Source: Isurus oxyrinchus
Taxonomy: Eukaryota
DNA: 64,000 nucleotides
Direction: 5' to 3'
Assembly (NCBI GenBank): GCA_026770705.1
Contig: JANJGN010000038.1
Location: forward strand, 13,888,001-13,952,000
Part shown: piece after piece, positions 28,236 through 40,940 of the stretch
How the letters are laid out: every line of letters begins with the position of its first letter
Position numbering within the stretch: position 1 is the stretch's first letter
Position numbers and translations under genes: made by a program
The notes under the pieces: model-generated
Told to the model about the DNA's origin: nothing
Seen by the model: only the letters and a program-made list of their open reading frames with translations
Databases searched by the model: none

Positions 28236-28393
28236 CTTAAGGACTGTCACGTACGAGCTGTATATCATACTTAGAATGAACAAAGTGACGAAAGCGACTA
28301 CTGTTGATGCAGTGCCTACATCCTCATCGAAGTTTTCTAATCCGTCTTCCTCTACTAATTGGTCGTCCATACCTTCCATTATTTGAGGGAGTT
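28236..28393 (-). CDS. IgNAR: IgNAR transmembrane exon TM1 (ELPQIMEGMDDQLVEEDGLENFDEDVGTASTVVAFVTLFILSMIYSSYVTVLK)
   Basis: TTATTCTAG acceptor in phase 1 with the C5 (and C3) donors. Acidic connecting peptide, CART-like TM (F..LF.LS..YS..VT), AAG|GTAAAG donor. Confidence 0.9.
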
Positions 28394-31300
28394 CTAGAAT
28401 AAATAAACGGAGTGTGTTATAAATGAGGTCAGGTTGAATATAGACTCGATATAACATAAAGGCGGCAGCTGGCAGGGCACATGAAAAGACCTTAAGTCGA
28501 TTGAAGTAATTTTCTGAAAACACGGTATGATTGTTGGGGGTGACAATCGAGGTCATACAGCGCACCTTGGATAGAGGAGTTATTTTAAATGATAATGTTT
28601 GCATTATTTGCACCGTTCCATGAAAAATGATCATTCACCTGTGACTGAAGTTTATTTTTACTCTTTTAGCAGCCGCTAACAGCAAAATAATCAAAAATCT
28701 ATTTAGAAGGCGAATTCGGCACTGATCTGAATAGAAAGGTGGACTCAGGCTCGAATCACTTGCATTTCACAGGCTACACTAACCAGGAGATCATCAGGCA
28801 AATGAGGGCGGAGTCACATTTCAACTCAAGATTCAGCTGCACCTCATCGGCACAGTTTATGTTCGCCGCTTAGGAGTTATTGACATTTTACGGCAAAGAT
28901 CATACGTCGGTAGAAACAAATGATTTCACAGTATTTAAACCGGTGAAGGTGCATATATATTGACAGTATAATCTGAACAGCAGCATTACTCTTTACCCAA
29001 TGTCATCAGATTGGATTGTTATTGATGACGTCAGCATTGCAGTATCAACATCTTTGCTATGACTATCGCGATATATTATGTTTACAATTCTCTGGTTACA
29101 CGGTTACTAAGGTCCTGTGAATTCTGTAATACATTGTGTCGTATATTTCCCTATGGCAGCTCCAGCATTATGTCACAATAGCACCATAGGGATGGTTACC
29201 CTGTGGGGTAGAACTGTGAGCGCCTGGTTAAAGGTGACGTTAACAATTCCCTCAATCCCCTGAACGTGTCACTACTAACTTTCTAATTCTGCAAGCTATC
29301 CCACTGGCTGATTTTTCGATTTGTATTGAGCGCAGGTGGCTTAAGTGAATGCAGAAGCATCGTAATTTTATGTGTACCTGCACCAAAAGAATAAACATTG
29401 TCATATTTTATCAAATTCATCGTTCTCATCAAATGCTTGTTTCCCCTCTATGAGAGTTGAATGATTGACAAGCCTTGTTTTCTAAACAACCAAACAAGAC
29501 CTTCCAATTTTACAATTCGAAAAAATTGTCGATCCTACAATACCTACTCTACCTTGAATTCTACCAGGCCATGAGCCCTTCATATATATGAGCTGATGAA
29601 GCATTGTAGGATCAGGCAATCTACAGAAATATATGTACTGGAGTAAGACCAGCTGTTTAAGCTGTTCAACCGGATTCGAGTCAACGCAACTGAATAGTAC
29701 CGAGATAATTCAAAGACTGACATTGTGCAGGACACGGATATAAGTTGTGTTCACTTACCTATTGCACTTGAACGTGTGCCAGGTAGGGGATATTACGTGT
29801 AATATCCACAGCTTCACCAAACACTCGGCAGATAGATAGGCCGAATGGCCTCCTTCTTTTCCTGGATAACTGCCACTCTATGAGCATCCAACATCGATAG
29901 CTGCCAGACCCTTTAGAAGACTGCTTCCTTCACTCAGCGAGATATTTTCCAGCATGGAGTGATCCCACAAGACATAAAAGAGCAGCTCCAACTACTGGAG
30001 GTTCAGAGACTCAGCAACATTTGCTTAACTCTGGGCAGGTACATCAATACAGTCACCTGGGCATATATTCTCTACATGGCCATGCATACATTTTTCGATG
30101 ACATGGCTGAGATTTCAGATCAACAATGGATGAAGTATTGTACTCCTGCTATGTTTCTCACTTAGTAAACACAGTATAACAGAATGCACTGTCCAGAAGG
30201 TGAATTGTGCAATGATCCCTGGTTGACATGTTTTTGTTTGCCCATCGAAACTTTATTGGGTCTTTTTCAGATTCCGAGGATGTTTGTGGACTGCCTGGTA
30301 AGGCGACCTACCAACCAACTCTCTGATCTGTGCCTTTAATTTTAGTGTATTTTTCAACAGGGCACAATGAATAGCGGCCTGATGCACGTAAACAAGGGGG
30401 AAGAAAAAACAGCGCAACTATTGGCAACACGAATGCGACCAGTTGATTTACTGCAGACTGAGATTCTCCTTGAAAAATCAGTTCTTGGTGCCTCCGCTTC
30501 ACATTGGACATACGGACAGATTGTGTGCTAAATTATGTGAGCTGAGCAAGGTTGACGATGGTGGCAACAAAGTCATGCCCTGCTTCATAGGTAACCTTTC
30601 ACTGATTCAGAATTTCCCAAATACTTCATGGGGAAATAATAATACTTTTTCAAAAATTTAAATACTTTAGTGTTTGAGTCCACAGCAAGTTAAACTAAAA
30701 TAACACCCCGAAAAAAACTAAAGGAGCAAATAGGAAGCCAGTCTATATAATGCTGTGTCTGGATATAATAGAGATAACAGACTCTGGAAGATATCACTGC
30801 TCCTGCAATTCTGCATGGAGTCTTCAACATGCGCCGGAACTATCGGATCGGGTCAAGAATATGCTTTTCAAATGAAACACAGCAGCACTGAGACTTCACT
30901 ACCCTTCACACCGTTCGACTGCAATATGAGCCTCGATCAAGTGCCAGAATTGTGGAAAGGAGATTAATCCACAACCTTCTGATTCAGAAGCCAGGGAAAT
31001 GTTAATGATGTCCGCTATGATTAAAAATAAAAATACGGGGATAATTTCAAATCAATGCGTATCTCCGAATGCGATCTTTGGAAATTATACAAATCGATCA
31101 TTCATTGCACAACAACATCAAGTTGCAGCTTTGCAGCACGATAAACGTGGGGAAAAAGCCTCGAGGTGGTTTATAGGAGCAAAATCAGACAGCACCTGAT
31201 GCCAAGTGAAGGAAGATCCAATCAGGTCAAGTAAACAAATCTTTGTAAAATATCGTTTCTTTAATGTGCTTCTTGAAGTAGCAGAGATAGGTAAAAGCAG

Positions 31301-32978
31301 CGCACAGGTTTAACGATGCATGTGTAGAGCTTAGTGTTTGGGCAGTTGACACCCATATTCTATAAGTGATATAGGGAGCTGGTGGCCTAACGGTGATGTC
31401 AGTGAACAAGTAATAGTAGAAATCGCCTTAGTAATGGTGACCACGAAACTGCCACCGAACGCTGTAAACCAGATCTGCTTCACTAATGCCCCTGACGGAA
31501 GGAAATCTGAAATCCGTACATGGACCATGCCAGTTTCATTGACTTTTAAGCTGTCCTCCACCATGACTTAGAAATACATCAGCTCATGGGCAATTCGGCA
31601 ACAAGTGCTGGCCTTGCCAGCGACATCCCATGAAATAATTAGGACAAAATAAAGAAAATTGAGCATGCACACGAGATCTGAATTGGAGGCACGTGGGGAT
31701 CCGGGAGGGCAGGCTGACTGGAGCAATAGCCAGCATAAAGTTTCCCGCTTGGTCGGCAACATGTTAAACTTTTTCAACATTTCTTTCTTCACTCCCAACG
31801 CACAGTGGCAACAGTGTGACCCATCTATAAGAGACCCTCCAGCCACTCCCTAACGCTACTTTGACAGCACTTTCCAAGCGCGGAACCACTACAATCTAGA
31901 AAGAAAAGGACAGCAGATGCGTAGGAACACGATCATCTGAAAAGGCTCCTCCAAGTTGCACACCATCTTTACTTGCCACTAAATCATCATTCCATCATTA
32001 TTTCTGGGTCTAAATCCTGTAATCCCCTACAGTATTGTGCGTGTCATACGCCACGTGGTTTGCAATGGTTCAAGAGAAAAGGTCACCGCCATCTTCTCTA
32101 GGACAATTAGAGACAAAACATGACCTTGCCAGCGACCCAAAAACTAGCCGAATGAATACTTAAAAAAAAAAACAGTTGATCGAGGAGAAAAGCCATGCAG
32201 GTATTTAAAAAACAGGAATAAGAATTTTCAAACGGTGTAGTTACTTGACTTGGAGCCAGCACAAGAGTAATGGTTAAATGGGGACATGTCGTGAATTGGG
32301 CCAACGGCTCAATAATTTTGGATGATTCTTGTTTGAAAGTGAAGATGTGGAGATGGAGTGTATGGCGGGATTCAAAGATGATAGCTTTGCGATTCTCGAG
32401 GAGACAACCTGTACTCGCTTAATATTGACTGTCTAGACATGCAGCGGAAAAGTGAGAGGCAGTGGAGAATACAGAGAATGGGCAGTGAGGTAGCCCTTTG
32501 TCAGTGGCCAAATGGGATAAAGAATTGCGATTTAGAAATATGTGGTTGAGGGGCATCATCGGGTTGAAACATGGAAGATGAGTAAATAGTCAGAAGCTAG
32601 AAGACTCTCAATGTTAGGTGTTTTTCTGGCTGGAATTGATTTATCAGAGTGAAACCATTCAAAAATCAGTTTTGGTGAATGTTGTCACTATATAGGTTGA
32701 GCGTAACTTCCTCCAATTTATTCAATCCGCCCTCTAGGTAAATACCTTATTGCGAAAGAGTAAATCACAGTAACTCTGAAAGAACGCTGATGCTTTGTGT
32801 AATCTGCTTGAAAGCACACCAAGTATTTCTAAAAGTGGAGGAACAGACGGGTGTTGCACATTTTGGGTATTAGAGCATATATATCTTATACATTTGCTTC
32901 AAAGCATTAATGATCACCACGAAGATATCACACACAGACAAACCATGAATAAGCAAGGCAGCCAATTTTCATTTTGCT

Positions 32979-32984
32979 TTTATT
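32979..32984 (-). terminator. Polyadenylation signal of the secretory transcript
   Basis: AATAAA ~225 nt after the stop codon, followed by a GU-rich tract (GGTTTGTCTGTGTGTG). Confidence 0.8.
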
Positions 32985-33209
32985 GCAATCAGTTGTGCCA
33001 CATACAGACAAACTAACCATGCGTCACTAAACCCTTCATGAGTTTTTGATAATATGGCAACTTGTATAAAATGCGAACAGTCATTCGCTGCCCTGGAGGG
33101 TGATTGTGAGGTCAGATGTTTGGGAGATTTGTTGATTCCAATGTTGAAATAATTAGGAACCTCACAGCGGTGACATTTCTACAGGAAAGGCCTGGTCAAT
33201 CATGGCGGG

Positions 33210-33592
33210 TTATGTGCACGATTTAACACTGTCAGTTAGGTGAAGCGAAACATTAACTAAAGTAGGTTTACCGTGGGATTTATTAATACTTCGGATTAAA
33301 TTCCTCTCGAGGGACGGGTGGCCCACTAAACAGGAGTAAGTGGTGCCAGTGTTCCACTCGGCTGCGGTGAGTCTCAATCTGCCGGCTAAGAAGCTGGAAC
33401 CATTTCCCTTCTCACTCTCCAGTTGGCTCGGATGACCTGAATCCAGAAGGGTGTCATTGGCCATCCAAGCGATGTAAATCTCAGCAGGATAAAAACCGGT
33501 GGCGAGACACACCAGCGTTGCCGTATTCTCAGTGTCGATCTCATCCTCTGACGGAGACAGAATGTAGACTTTGGGACTAATCATTGTGCCAA
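33210..33592 (-). CDS. IgNAR: IgNAR constant exon C5 plus secretory tailpiece (…INKSH|GKPTLVNVSLHLTDSVKSCT*); internal donor for TM splicing after 33272
   Basis: TTTACAG acceptor. Tailpiece has an NVS sequon and penultimate Cys. Internal G|GTAAA donor at the tailpiece start. Confidence 0.95.
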
Positions 33593-34037
33593 CTGTAAAG
33601 AGAGAAATATACAAATATTTTTTTAAACTGACTCTGTCTATTGTTTGGTCTTCACTATACATTTTCTTCTCTTAGAAGTACCATATGTTTGGAAATGTGG
33701 AATATTTCCTATCTCATAGGTTTAAAAATCTTTTTCCTTGCACATGGCTCTCATTCATATTTTTTCTTTTTATTGTTTGCATTGTGGCCCTATTTTTTTC
33801 CCCATAGCGTTGGGGAAAGCATTTTAAAGAAATGCTGACACTGTTGGACTTGGGGATGCAGCAGTTTCAGATTTCTTACATTTTCTTTACCATAGTTTTC
33901 ATCAACGTGGTGACTGGTTGGACCCGGGACTGTATTTCATTGATTATACTAGAATTTAACGTTTGGCCTGCTTTTTATTTTCGTTTGGGGCCATTGGCAA
34001 TTGGACCAGTCCCTGAACGAGTGTTATCTGTGCTTAC

Positions 34038-34358
34038 CCTTTAATTTCCTCGTTGAGCGTCTCTTTGGTGTTGGTAATTCACTTCCTTCTACAAGACAGA
34101 CATATTCCACCCCACTGTCCCACTCTGCCGCAGTGACCGTCAGTTTGCTCACAATGGCCAAATTGCTTCCACTCCACTCAGGATTCTGGGTCTCAACTCC
34201 TTCCGTTCTCATTCTCCCATCCACTTGCCAGGACACGCTGACGCTTTCTAAATCACTGTAAAGGATTTCACAAGCAATGGTCGCTGTCTTTTGAACCCAT
34301 ATCTCTTCAAACGGAGGGTTCAATATATTGACAGAAATGTCTGACTCAGGGCAATCAG
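34038..34358 (-). CDS. IgNAR: IgNAR constant exon C4 (ADCPESDISVNILNPPFEEIWVQKTATIACEI...EYVCLVEGSELPTP...KLK)
   Basis: TTTCCAG acceptor, GTAAG donor, 321 nt. The N-terminal Cys (ADC) is the expected inter-chain cysteine. Confidence 0.95.
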
Positions 34359-35134
34359 CTGGAAAGAAAAGCGAACGGTTGTTTCAAACTCTCATGTTGA
34401 AATCACGGACGACAAACACTGCAGAATGCTAGAAAATGTGAAACAGTACTTACTGAAAAGTGATTGAGTTGTTATTATCCTGTTGCTGGTTGAGATAACA
34501 TAATGCTGCGCTCTCCTAGACTTATTGTTTTCATTCCTATGGCTTCCATGGATCATGTTCTGAATAATATTCACTGCAATTCTTTCCAGGCTCGCCGATT
34601 ACTCTGACAGGGACTGAATATTTGATTGTATTTGCGCTGATTCTGGAGGTCGAACGCTGTCTAGTGGCCTGTAGGTGCTCGATTCTTTTCCCACTCATGT
34701 AACATAATTAAAAGTTCCCTCTATTTATGACCCAATGTTTAGTTAATTTTCCCAGGACTGATCAAAGGGCGGACGCGTGCCCTGAGCAAAACTTTATAGA
34801 CGTTCTGCATGATTTGACACCAAGTTCACTCACTCAATTGGAGAGTCTAATGTTTTAGAGAGAGTGAAATATCATCCAGTTTGGAAGGACTGCCGCTGGA
34901 ATTTTGAGTTTAAGCAATTGTTTTGCAGAATGTAAAGTGAGGAAATGTGTAGGTTTACCATGATATACCTGACCCAGAGGTACACAAATTTTAAATTAGT
35001 AACAATGGACAGGCCTTCTATACTATCCGTGCACTGAGAGCAATAACAGGTTTACCAACAAAAATGGGGCGGGGGAGGGAGGCGTTGGGGTAGTTTTAAA
35101 AAAAATAAAATTCTGCTTCTGGTCAGGGAAATAA

Positions 35135-35730
35135 AAACGTAAGAAATCGGAGCCGCAGCAGGCCATTCGATCCCTGAAGGCTCGCCGGCCATTCATTACA
35201 AGCATGACCTTCGCCTCTATCTCCAGCTCCCCACCCACTGCACATATTCCTTGATTCCCTGAAAGACCAACATTTATCCAGACTGTCAGATGTGACCACT
35301 TACTTGCCTGTTGGGTTGTCTGATTTAATCAATCACTTAACAAATCTCCTCTCAACCTCCTCTTATCCAAAGAGAACAGCCCTTCCCTTTAGAATCTACC
35401 TACGTAACTGATTCCCGTAACCCTGGAATAATTCTCACAATCCCTTTCTGCAGTCTCTCGAAACTTTTCATATTCTTGCTAACTTGTGGTGCCCAGAAAT
35501 GGACACATTATAAAATACTGATTTGACCTAAACTGGAATAAAGTATGAACATAATCTCCTTGTTTTGGAACTCTTTGCCTCTGTTTGTACAGCCCAGGTT
35601 CTCATTGTTTAACCATTATCTCCAGCTTCTCCACGCTCATCAATGATTTGTACAGGTATAAGGCCACGTATCCCTGTACTTGCAACCCGTTCGGAATTGC
35701 AGCCTTTAGTTTATATTGTCTCTCCTCATT
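35135..35730 (-). mobile_element. CR1 LINE 3' fragment in the C3-C4 intron
   Basis: CR1 3'-end signature (GCAGGCCATTCGATCCC...) and GAPQ/WTQY-type remnants. Confidence 0.7.
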
Positions 35731-36102
35731 TGGCAGCAAAAGAAAATATTTGGAGGGAATGAGGAAATTTTATAAAATAATAATGACAGTGTAATAAAAC
35801 GAGCCATCTCAATGAGTTTAAACAGGATAAAACGTGGCAACGAGAAGGAATTTTGTAACCAATTGACAAAAAATGTCCCCAAGTTTTAAAGGGGCAGATT
35901 TCAACATTGCAAAGCTCAGATCATCCTTCCAGCAAAGAAAATGGGATGTTTTAGATTATTTTCTAACGGTTTCCTTGTAACTATTTGAACCAACATGAGA
36001 CATTTAACTGTATCACATAAACATTATTTTCTGGTATAAGATCTAACAGGGAAGGTCACTTTGAGTATCTCTGTCAAATGTCGATTGTTTATCATGCAGA
36101 GA

Positions 36103-36487
36103 ATGTGGGCCTCGCTGGCCGGGCCAGCACTTGTTGCCCATCCATAACTGCGCTCGAGAAGATGGTGGTGAGCTGCCTTCTTGAACCACTGCAGTCTATG
36201 TTTTATTGGTACACCCACAATGCTGTTAGGAAGGGTGTTCCTGGATTTTGACCAGCGGCAGTGAAGCAAACGACAAATATATTTCCAACTCAGGATTGTG
36301 TCTTGGAAATATATTGCCTTCCCTTCATTGTTGTCTGATAAAAATCCTGAAGCTCCCTTCCTAACAGCGCTGCGGGTAAACCTACACCACGTGGACTGGA
36401 GCGGTTCAAGAATGCAGCTCACCACCACCTTCTCACGGGCCACTAGGGATGGGAAGTAAGTGCTGGCCCAGCCAGCGAAGACCACAT
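36103..36487. repeat. Inverted pair of LINE/SINE 3'-tail fragments (~133-bp arms at 36103-36235 and 36355-36487)
   Basis: The arms are imperfect reverse complements, e.g. GGTGGTGAGCTGCCTTCTTGAACC vs GGTTCAAGAATGCAGCTCACCACC. Confidence 0.8.
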
Positions 36488-37848
36488 CCCGTTATGAGTG
36501 GGTCAGCAGGGACAGAGTGCGTCAGCAGCCTATTTTACCGAGAATGCATCACAGCCCAGTCGACTCTTGACATCAGCAGATGTCCAAACATGTCGACTCC
36601 GACGATGGCCACTCAGGCCGTAGGAGGAGCAAAGAAAGGGTCCCTCACCTGTTACCAGATACGCCCGGACCACTGTACCTTCCAAGAGTCACCGGTTCAG
36701 TGTGGTTAACCCAGTGATGAAAAACAGCCTCATTGAGGGAACATTATTATGAGTTGGTTCACATTACAGTGCATAGGTGCTCAGCGATCAGATGGAGCTC
36801 GAGCTTTAAGAGTCTGGGGCTCCGTCAGTCGAAGTATTTGCCCTGTTATTGCCACTGCTCACTATTGAGTTCTGTTCGTCACCTCTCGAACCTCAGCTAA
36901 TGGTTGTTCCCAATGAACCCACATAGGCAGAAAATATCAGCAAGTTATTATGCCCTGAATGCATCGCACCCAATTTTAACATTCATTCCAAACTGGCACA
37001 TCGGTAGCTACCGTAGATTGGGAATCAAACCAATGACCATTCCTACTGCACAAACGAAGAGATACCGAGGCCAATTATCAGGACCCAGACACCAAAGGTC
37101 AATATCAACGAACTCAGCAAAGTACCTCCAGCTTCCTGGGAAATCTGAGAATTCCCAGCCAATCACTGAGGCGCTGGGCAATTATTGTGCAGGGTTTTTT
37201 TAGCCTTCACTTAAAAAATACTACACCGCCGGAAATGAAAATGTTGATCAGAGGAGATTAAATTGATCAAAATAAATTGTCACTTCATTAGGTTCAGTCC
37301 ATGAGGACGTTATTTGCCCAGGCCTGTGACCTCTAATGCATTTGTTGCAGTAGCTTTCAAGACTAGAAACATACAAAACGGCTTCGATTGTTCAACTCCC
37401 TGGTGACTGGCTGCTTCTGGTTCTGAACTCACTGCTGAAAAGCAGTCACTGTTGTAGTTTTCTAAAAAAGAAATGAAACAGGGAAGTGGACCGCGCAAAG
37501 TCTTAACCCCACTTTGTGGAACAGAGTGTCCCTTAAGGTGTGCTTAGCACCATCTAAATAAAGCGCTCATTTCCAGAAAACTGAGAAGTTAAGTCTCAGA
37601 CATTCTTATCCTTCCCCTTATCATCACTGGATTCTCAAATTGCTTGTGGAGGCGGACATATTGAGTGCTGAGCACTGTACCATCTCTGTGCTGTTTGGGA
37701 GATCAGGCCACATTAATTGGTTCCCATACGTTATTTAGTCCCTGCAACCTGGAGGAATGTACTTGCTAGTGTGGTGGTTCTTCGGTGTTGCTGTCAATTT
37801 AAGTACAAACCTTGAATGTGGAAATGCAATCTGAGAAACTGTTTTTAC

Positions 37849-38166
37849 CTTTCGTGTTGCTGATGGTCATATTTTCTGTGGATTGTGTAGGTGGGTGTGA
37901 GGCGGCACAGGTGTATCTTGCTCCTGACTTCCATTCCGCTTCAGGTAAAATGAGGAGGCTCTTTGAACTGAAGGTCTGGTCCTGTTCAAGGGCCGTGGGG
38001 AAACTGCTGATGTTCGACCTCAAAGCAGCTCCGTTCTTCTGCCAGGAAATTATTATTTTGTCCGGGTAGAATCCTCTTATCAAACAAGTGAGGGTTGCGG
38101 CTTTGGTGCTTTGAATTTCTTCTGGTGATGGAGGCAAGAGCCGGAGCTTTGGCTCCACTGGCTCGA
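37849..38166 (-). CDS. IgNAR: IgNAR constant exon C3 (VEPVEPKLRLLPPSPEEIQSTKAATLTCLIRGFYP...RYTCAASHPPTQ...SNTK)
   Basis: TTACAG acceptor, GTAAA donor, 318 nt, phase 1-1; separated from C2 by a 95-nt intron. Confidence 0.95.
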
Positions 38167-38220
38167 CTGTAACAAAAGTTCAACCACTGTTAGTCTTAAC
38201 TTCATTGCCATTGGTAAACG

Positions 38221-38241
38221 TATATATATATATATATATAT
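38221..38241. repeat. (TA)n microsatellite in the 95-nt C2-C3 intron
   Basis: Visible directly in the sequence. Confidence 0.9.
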
Positions 38242-38261
38242 GTAGGCATGTATAAGCTTAC

Positions 38262-38567
38262 CTCGTTGTTTCTTTCGTGTGCCTTTTGATACCGGAGTCG
38301 ATGATAGATTGTCCTGTGCTGAACATGAGTATTCAGCCCCGCTCTCCCACTCTTCCACGCTGCTTGTCAAGCGGCTGATGATCAGGTACTGGTTACCATC
38401 TTGGGTACCGGTTTCGATTTGAACACCTTCAGCCCTCACCTTTCCATTCACCTTCCAGGAGATCACAACCTCATTGGGAGCTGTGGACACCACTTCACAC
38501 ACTAGGATGGCAGTTTTATTGATCCAAATATCTTCAACTGTGGGATCTCTGAGAAGTACTGTGATAT
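38262..38567 (-). CDS. IgNAR: IgNAR constant exon C2 (DITVLLRDPTVEDIWINKTAILVCEV...AEYSCSAQD...RKKQR)
   Basis: TTGTAG acceptor, GTAAG donor, 306 nt, phase 1-1. Confidence 0.95.
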
Positions 38568-39689
38568 CTACAAGTGAGCAACAAAAACAAAAAAAAATAA
38601 AATCACGAGGAGGCTTTAATGCTGACAATTCTACTTATTAACAATAATTTTTATATCAGTGACAATCTGTGGGCAGACATGTCAACACGTGGCATGCAGG
38701 ACGTTTTAACCTGTAAGGAGGAAGGTCGCCTTCAAGGCTCTCAGTGCCTGGTGGAGGGACCCATGATCATGAAGGGGGTGCTGCGCTGTGAGTCACCCCC
38801 AGCAGGCAAAACCCCTTCCACCATTCCTCAGGTGTGGCCTGGGTCACCCCTTTTCTACATTGGACGACACGTCCCAAGGACATTACCCTCCATCACACTT
38901 TCCTAGCACCAACATGCCCTTTCTACATCGGACGCCCTCCCAAAGACTTCCAACCGCGGATGCTCGCTTCCTTCCACCCCAGCCTCTCCATAAGGACTAC
39001 TTAATCATATCTGCCCACACCCGGCATCATCTCCCTTGTCAGCCTTGAAACACCCAACACTTACATGACTCTGGAATCCGAGATTCAGACGCAGTGGACT
39101 TGTTGTGTCCCCAGACCTGCCCACTGCTGCCGCTGGTGCTGCTGGGTAAATAGCGCTGCCAGCCAGTCAGATTGGCTAGCAAGTCCCTGAGTTGGAACAT
39201 CCACCTGAGTTCGAGACACAAGTCCGGATCAAGCCAATTATTACTCCTGATTCAGGGGCTGCTGCGATTGGCGGGGATGTGATCCAACCACCAACCTCCC
39301 CTGCTCTGCAACCCCGCCCCCCCCAAAACCTTGCCCAGCCCCCACACCTCACCCCGATTCTGTGGATGGCAGTGCTGGGGTCTCCTGATCCGGAACTTCC
39401 TGCCAGTGACAGGTTAATTCCATTGTCTATTTCTCTGCCCTTGCTTTCTCTCTGCTCCATTCTTCCGTTTCATCTTACATGCACATTTTTGTACCGATAC
39501 TCAGCAGCAAATAGAATCCACTCTGGCAATTGGAACGATTATCTGAATGAGGCTTTACAGTTTGACAGATTTTGTTGAAAATATATCCATTTGCTGTAAT
39601 TCTCTGTTCTATTTTGCCTGCAGAAATTTGGCGAATTCAGTGGGCAGGGTGTGTCAACATTTTTTTTATCGTACTATCAAAATAGGTTA

Positions 39690-40940
39690 TAAGAACATGA
39701 GAACGAGGAGCAGGAGTTGGCAATTCAGTCCCTCGAGCCTGCCCCGCCATTCAATACGATCATGGCCGATCTCATTTTGGCCTCAACTCCAATTTCCCCC
39801 CTCTCCCCATAACCTTTAAACCCATTACTGATTAAAGATCTGTCTATCTCTTCCTTAAATTTATTCAGCGTCCCAGCATCAACTGTACTCTGAGGTGGTG
39901 AATTCCACAGGTTCACGACGTTTTGAGAAAAGTAATTCCTCCTCATCTCTGATTTAACACTACCACCCGTTAGACAAAAGCTATGGTCTCCTGTTCTAGA
40001 AAGCCCCAGAAAGAGAAACATCCGCTCCATGTCTACTTTGTCTATCCCCGTTAGCATCTTACATACCTCAATTAGATCTCCTGTCATCCTTCTAAACTCT
40101 AGCGAGTATTGGCCTAAAATGCTCAATCTCTCCTCTTAAGACAAGCCTCGCATCGCTGGAATCAATCGAGTGAACCTCCTCTGAACCACATCCAGTGCAG
40201 CTATATCCTTCCTCAAGTAAGGGTGAATCTGTGCACCATACCCCAGGTGCAGTCTCACCAATGCCTTGCCTACTTTCAACAAACACTTCCCTATTTTTAT
40301 ATTCTATGCTTTGAGCAATAAATGCCAAATTTCCATTTGCCTTCCTTATTACCTGCTGTACCTGCATGCTACCTTTCAGCGATTCATGCACAAGGATATC
40401 CAGATCCCTCTGCACTGAAGGATTCTGAAGTTTCTCTCCATTTAAACAATAAGTCGCCTTTTTATTCTTTCGACCAAAATGGATAACCTCACACTTATCC
40501 ACGTTAAACTCCCTCTGCAAAATCTCGGCCTATTCACCTAACCTGTCCATATCCATTTGTAAATTTATTTCTTTTTCATTGCAACTTACTTTCCACCTAT
40601 TTTGATGTCATCTGCAAATTTGGTTATGGTATCTCCTATCTCTGAATCCAAGTTATTAGCATAGATGGTAAATAGTTGGGGCCCAAGGACCGAACCCCGG
40701 GGCACACCACTAGTTACAGCTTGCTATCCAGAAAAAGACCCATTTATCCCGAATCTCTGCTTTCTGTTGGTTATGCCAATCCTCTATCCAAGCTAATGTG
40801 TTACCCCTAACACCGTGTAATCTTATTTTGTGTATTAATCTTTTGTGTGGCACCTTAAGAAAGGCCTTCTGGAAGTCCAGATATATTACATCTTCAGGAT
40901 CACCATTGCCCACTTTGCGTGTCACATTTTCAAAGAAGTC
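39690..40940 (-). mobile_element. CR1 LINE RT/3' fragment in the C1-C2 intron
   Basis: ORFs with YLDFQKAF.KVPH, FNVDKCEVIHFGRKN and RRNYFSQ.VVNLWNS. Confidence 0.9.

Larger units (their letters stand above)
16800..28818. repeat. Segmental duplication copy B (contains the intact TM exon, a private CR1 insertion and an N gap)
   Basis: Direct-orientation match to 1-10300; by-eye divergence ranges from ~5% to ~15% locally. Confidence 0.95.

Noticed and set aside
38167-38261. Retention of the 95-nt C2-C3 intron as an in-frame hinge, tuned by (TA)n length
   Set aside because: 95 is not a multiple of 3, and the frame needed to enter C3 contains a TGA near the acceptor whatever the repeat length.
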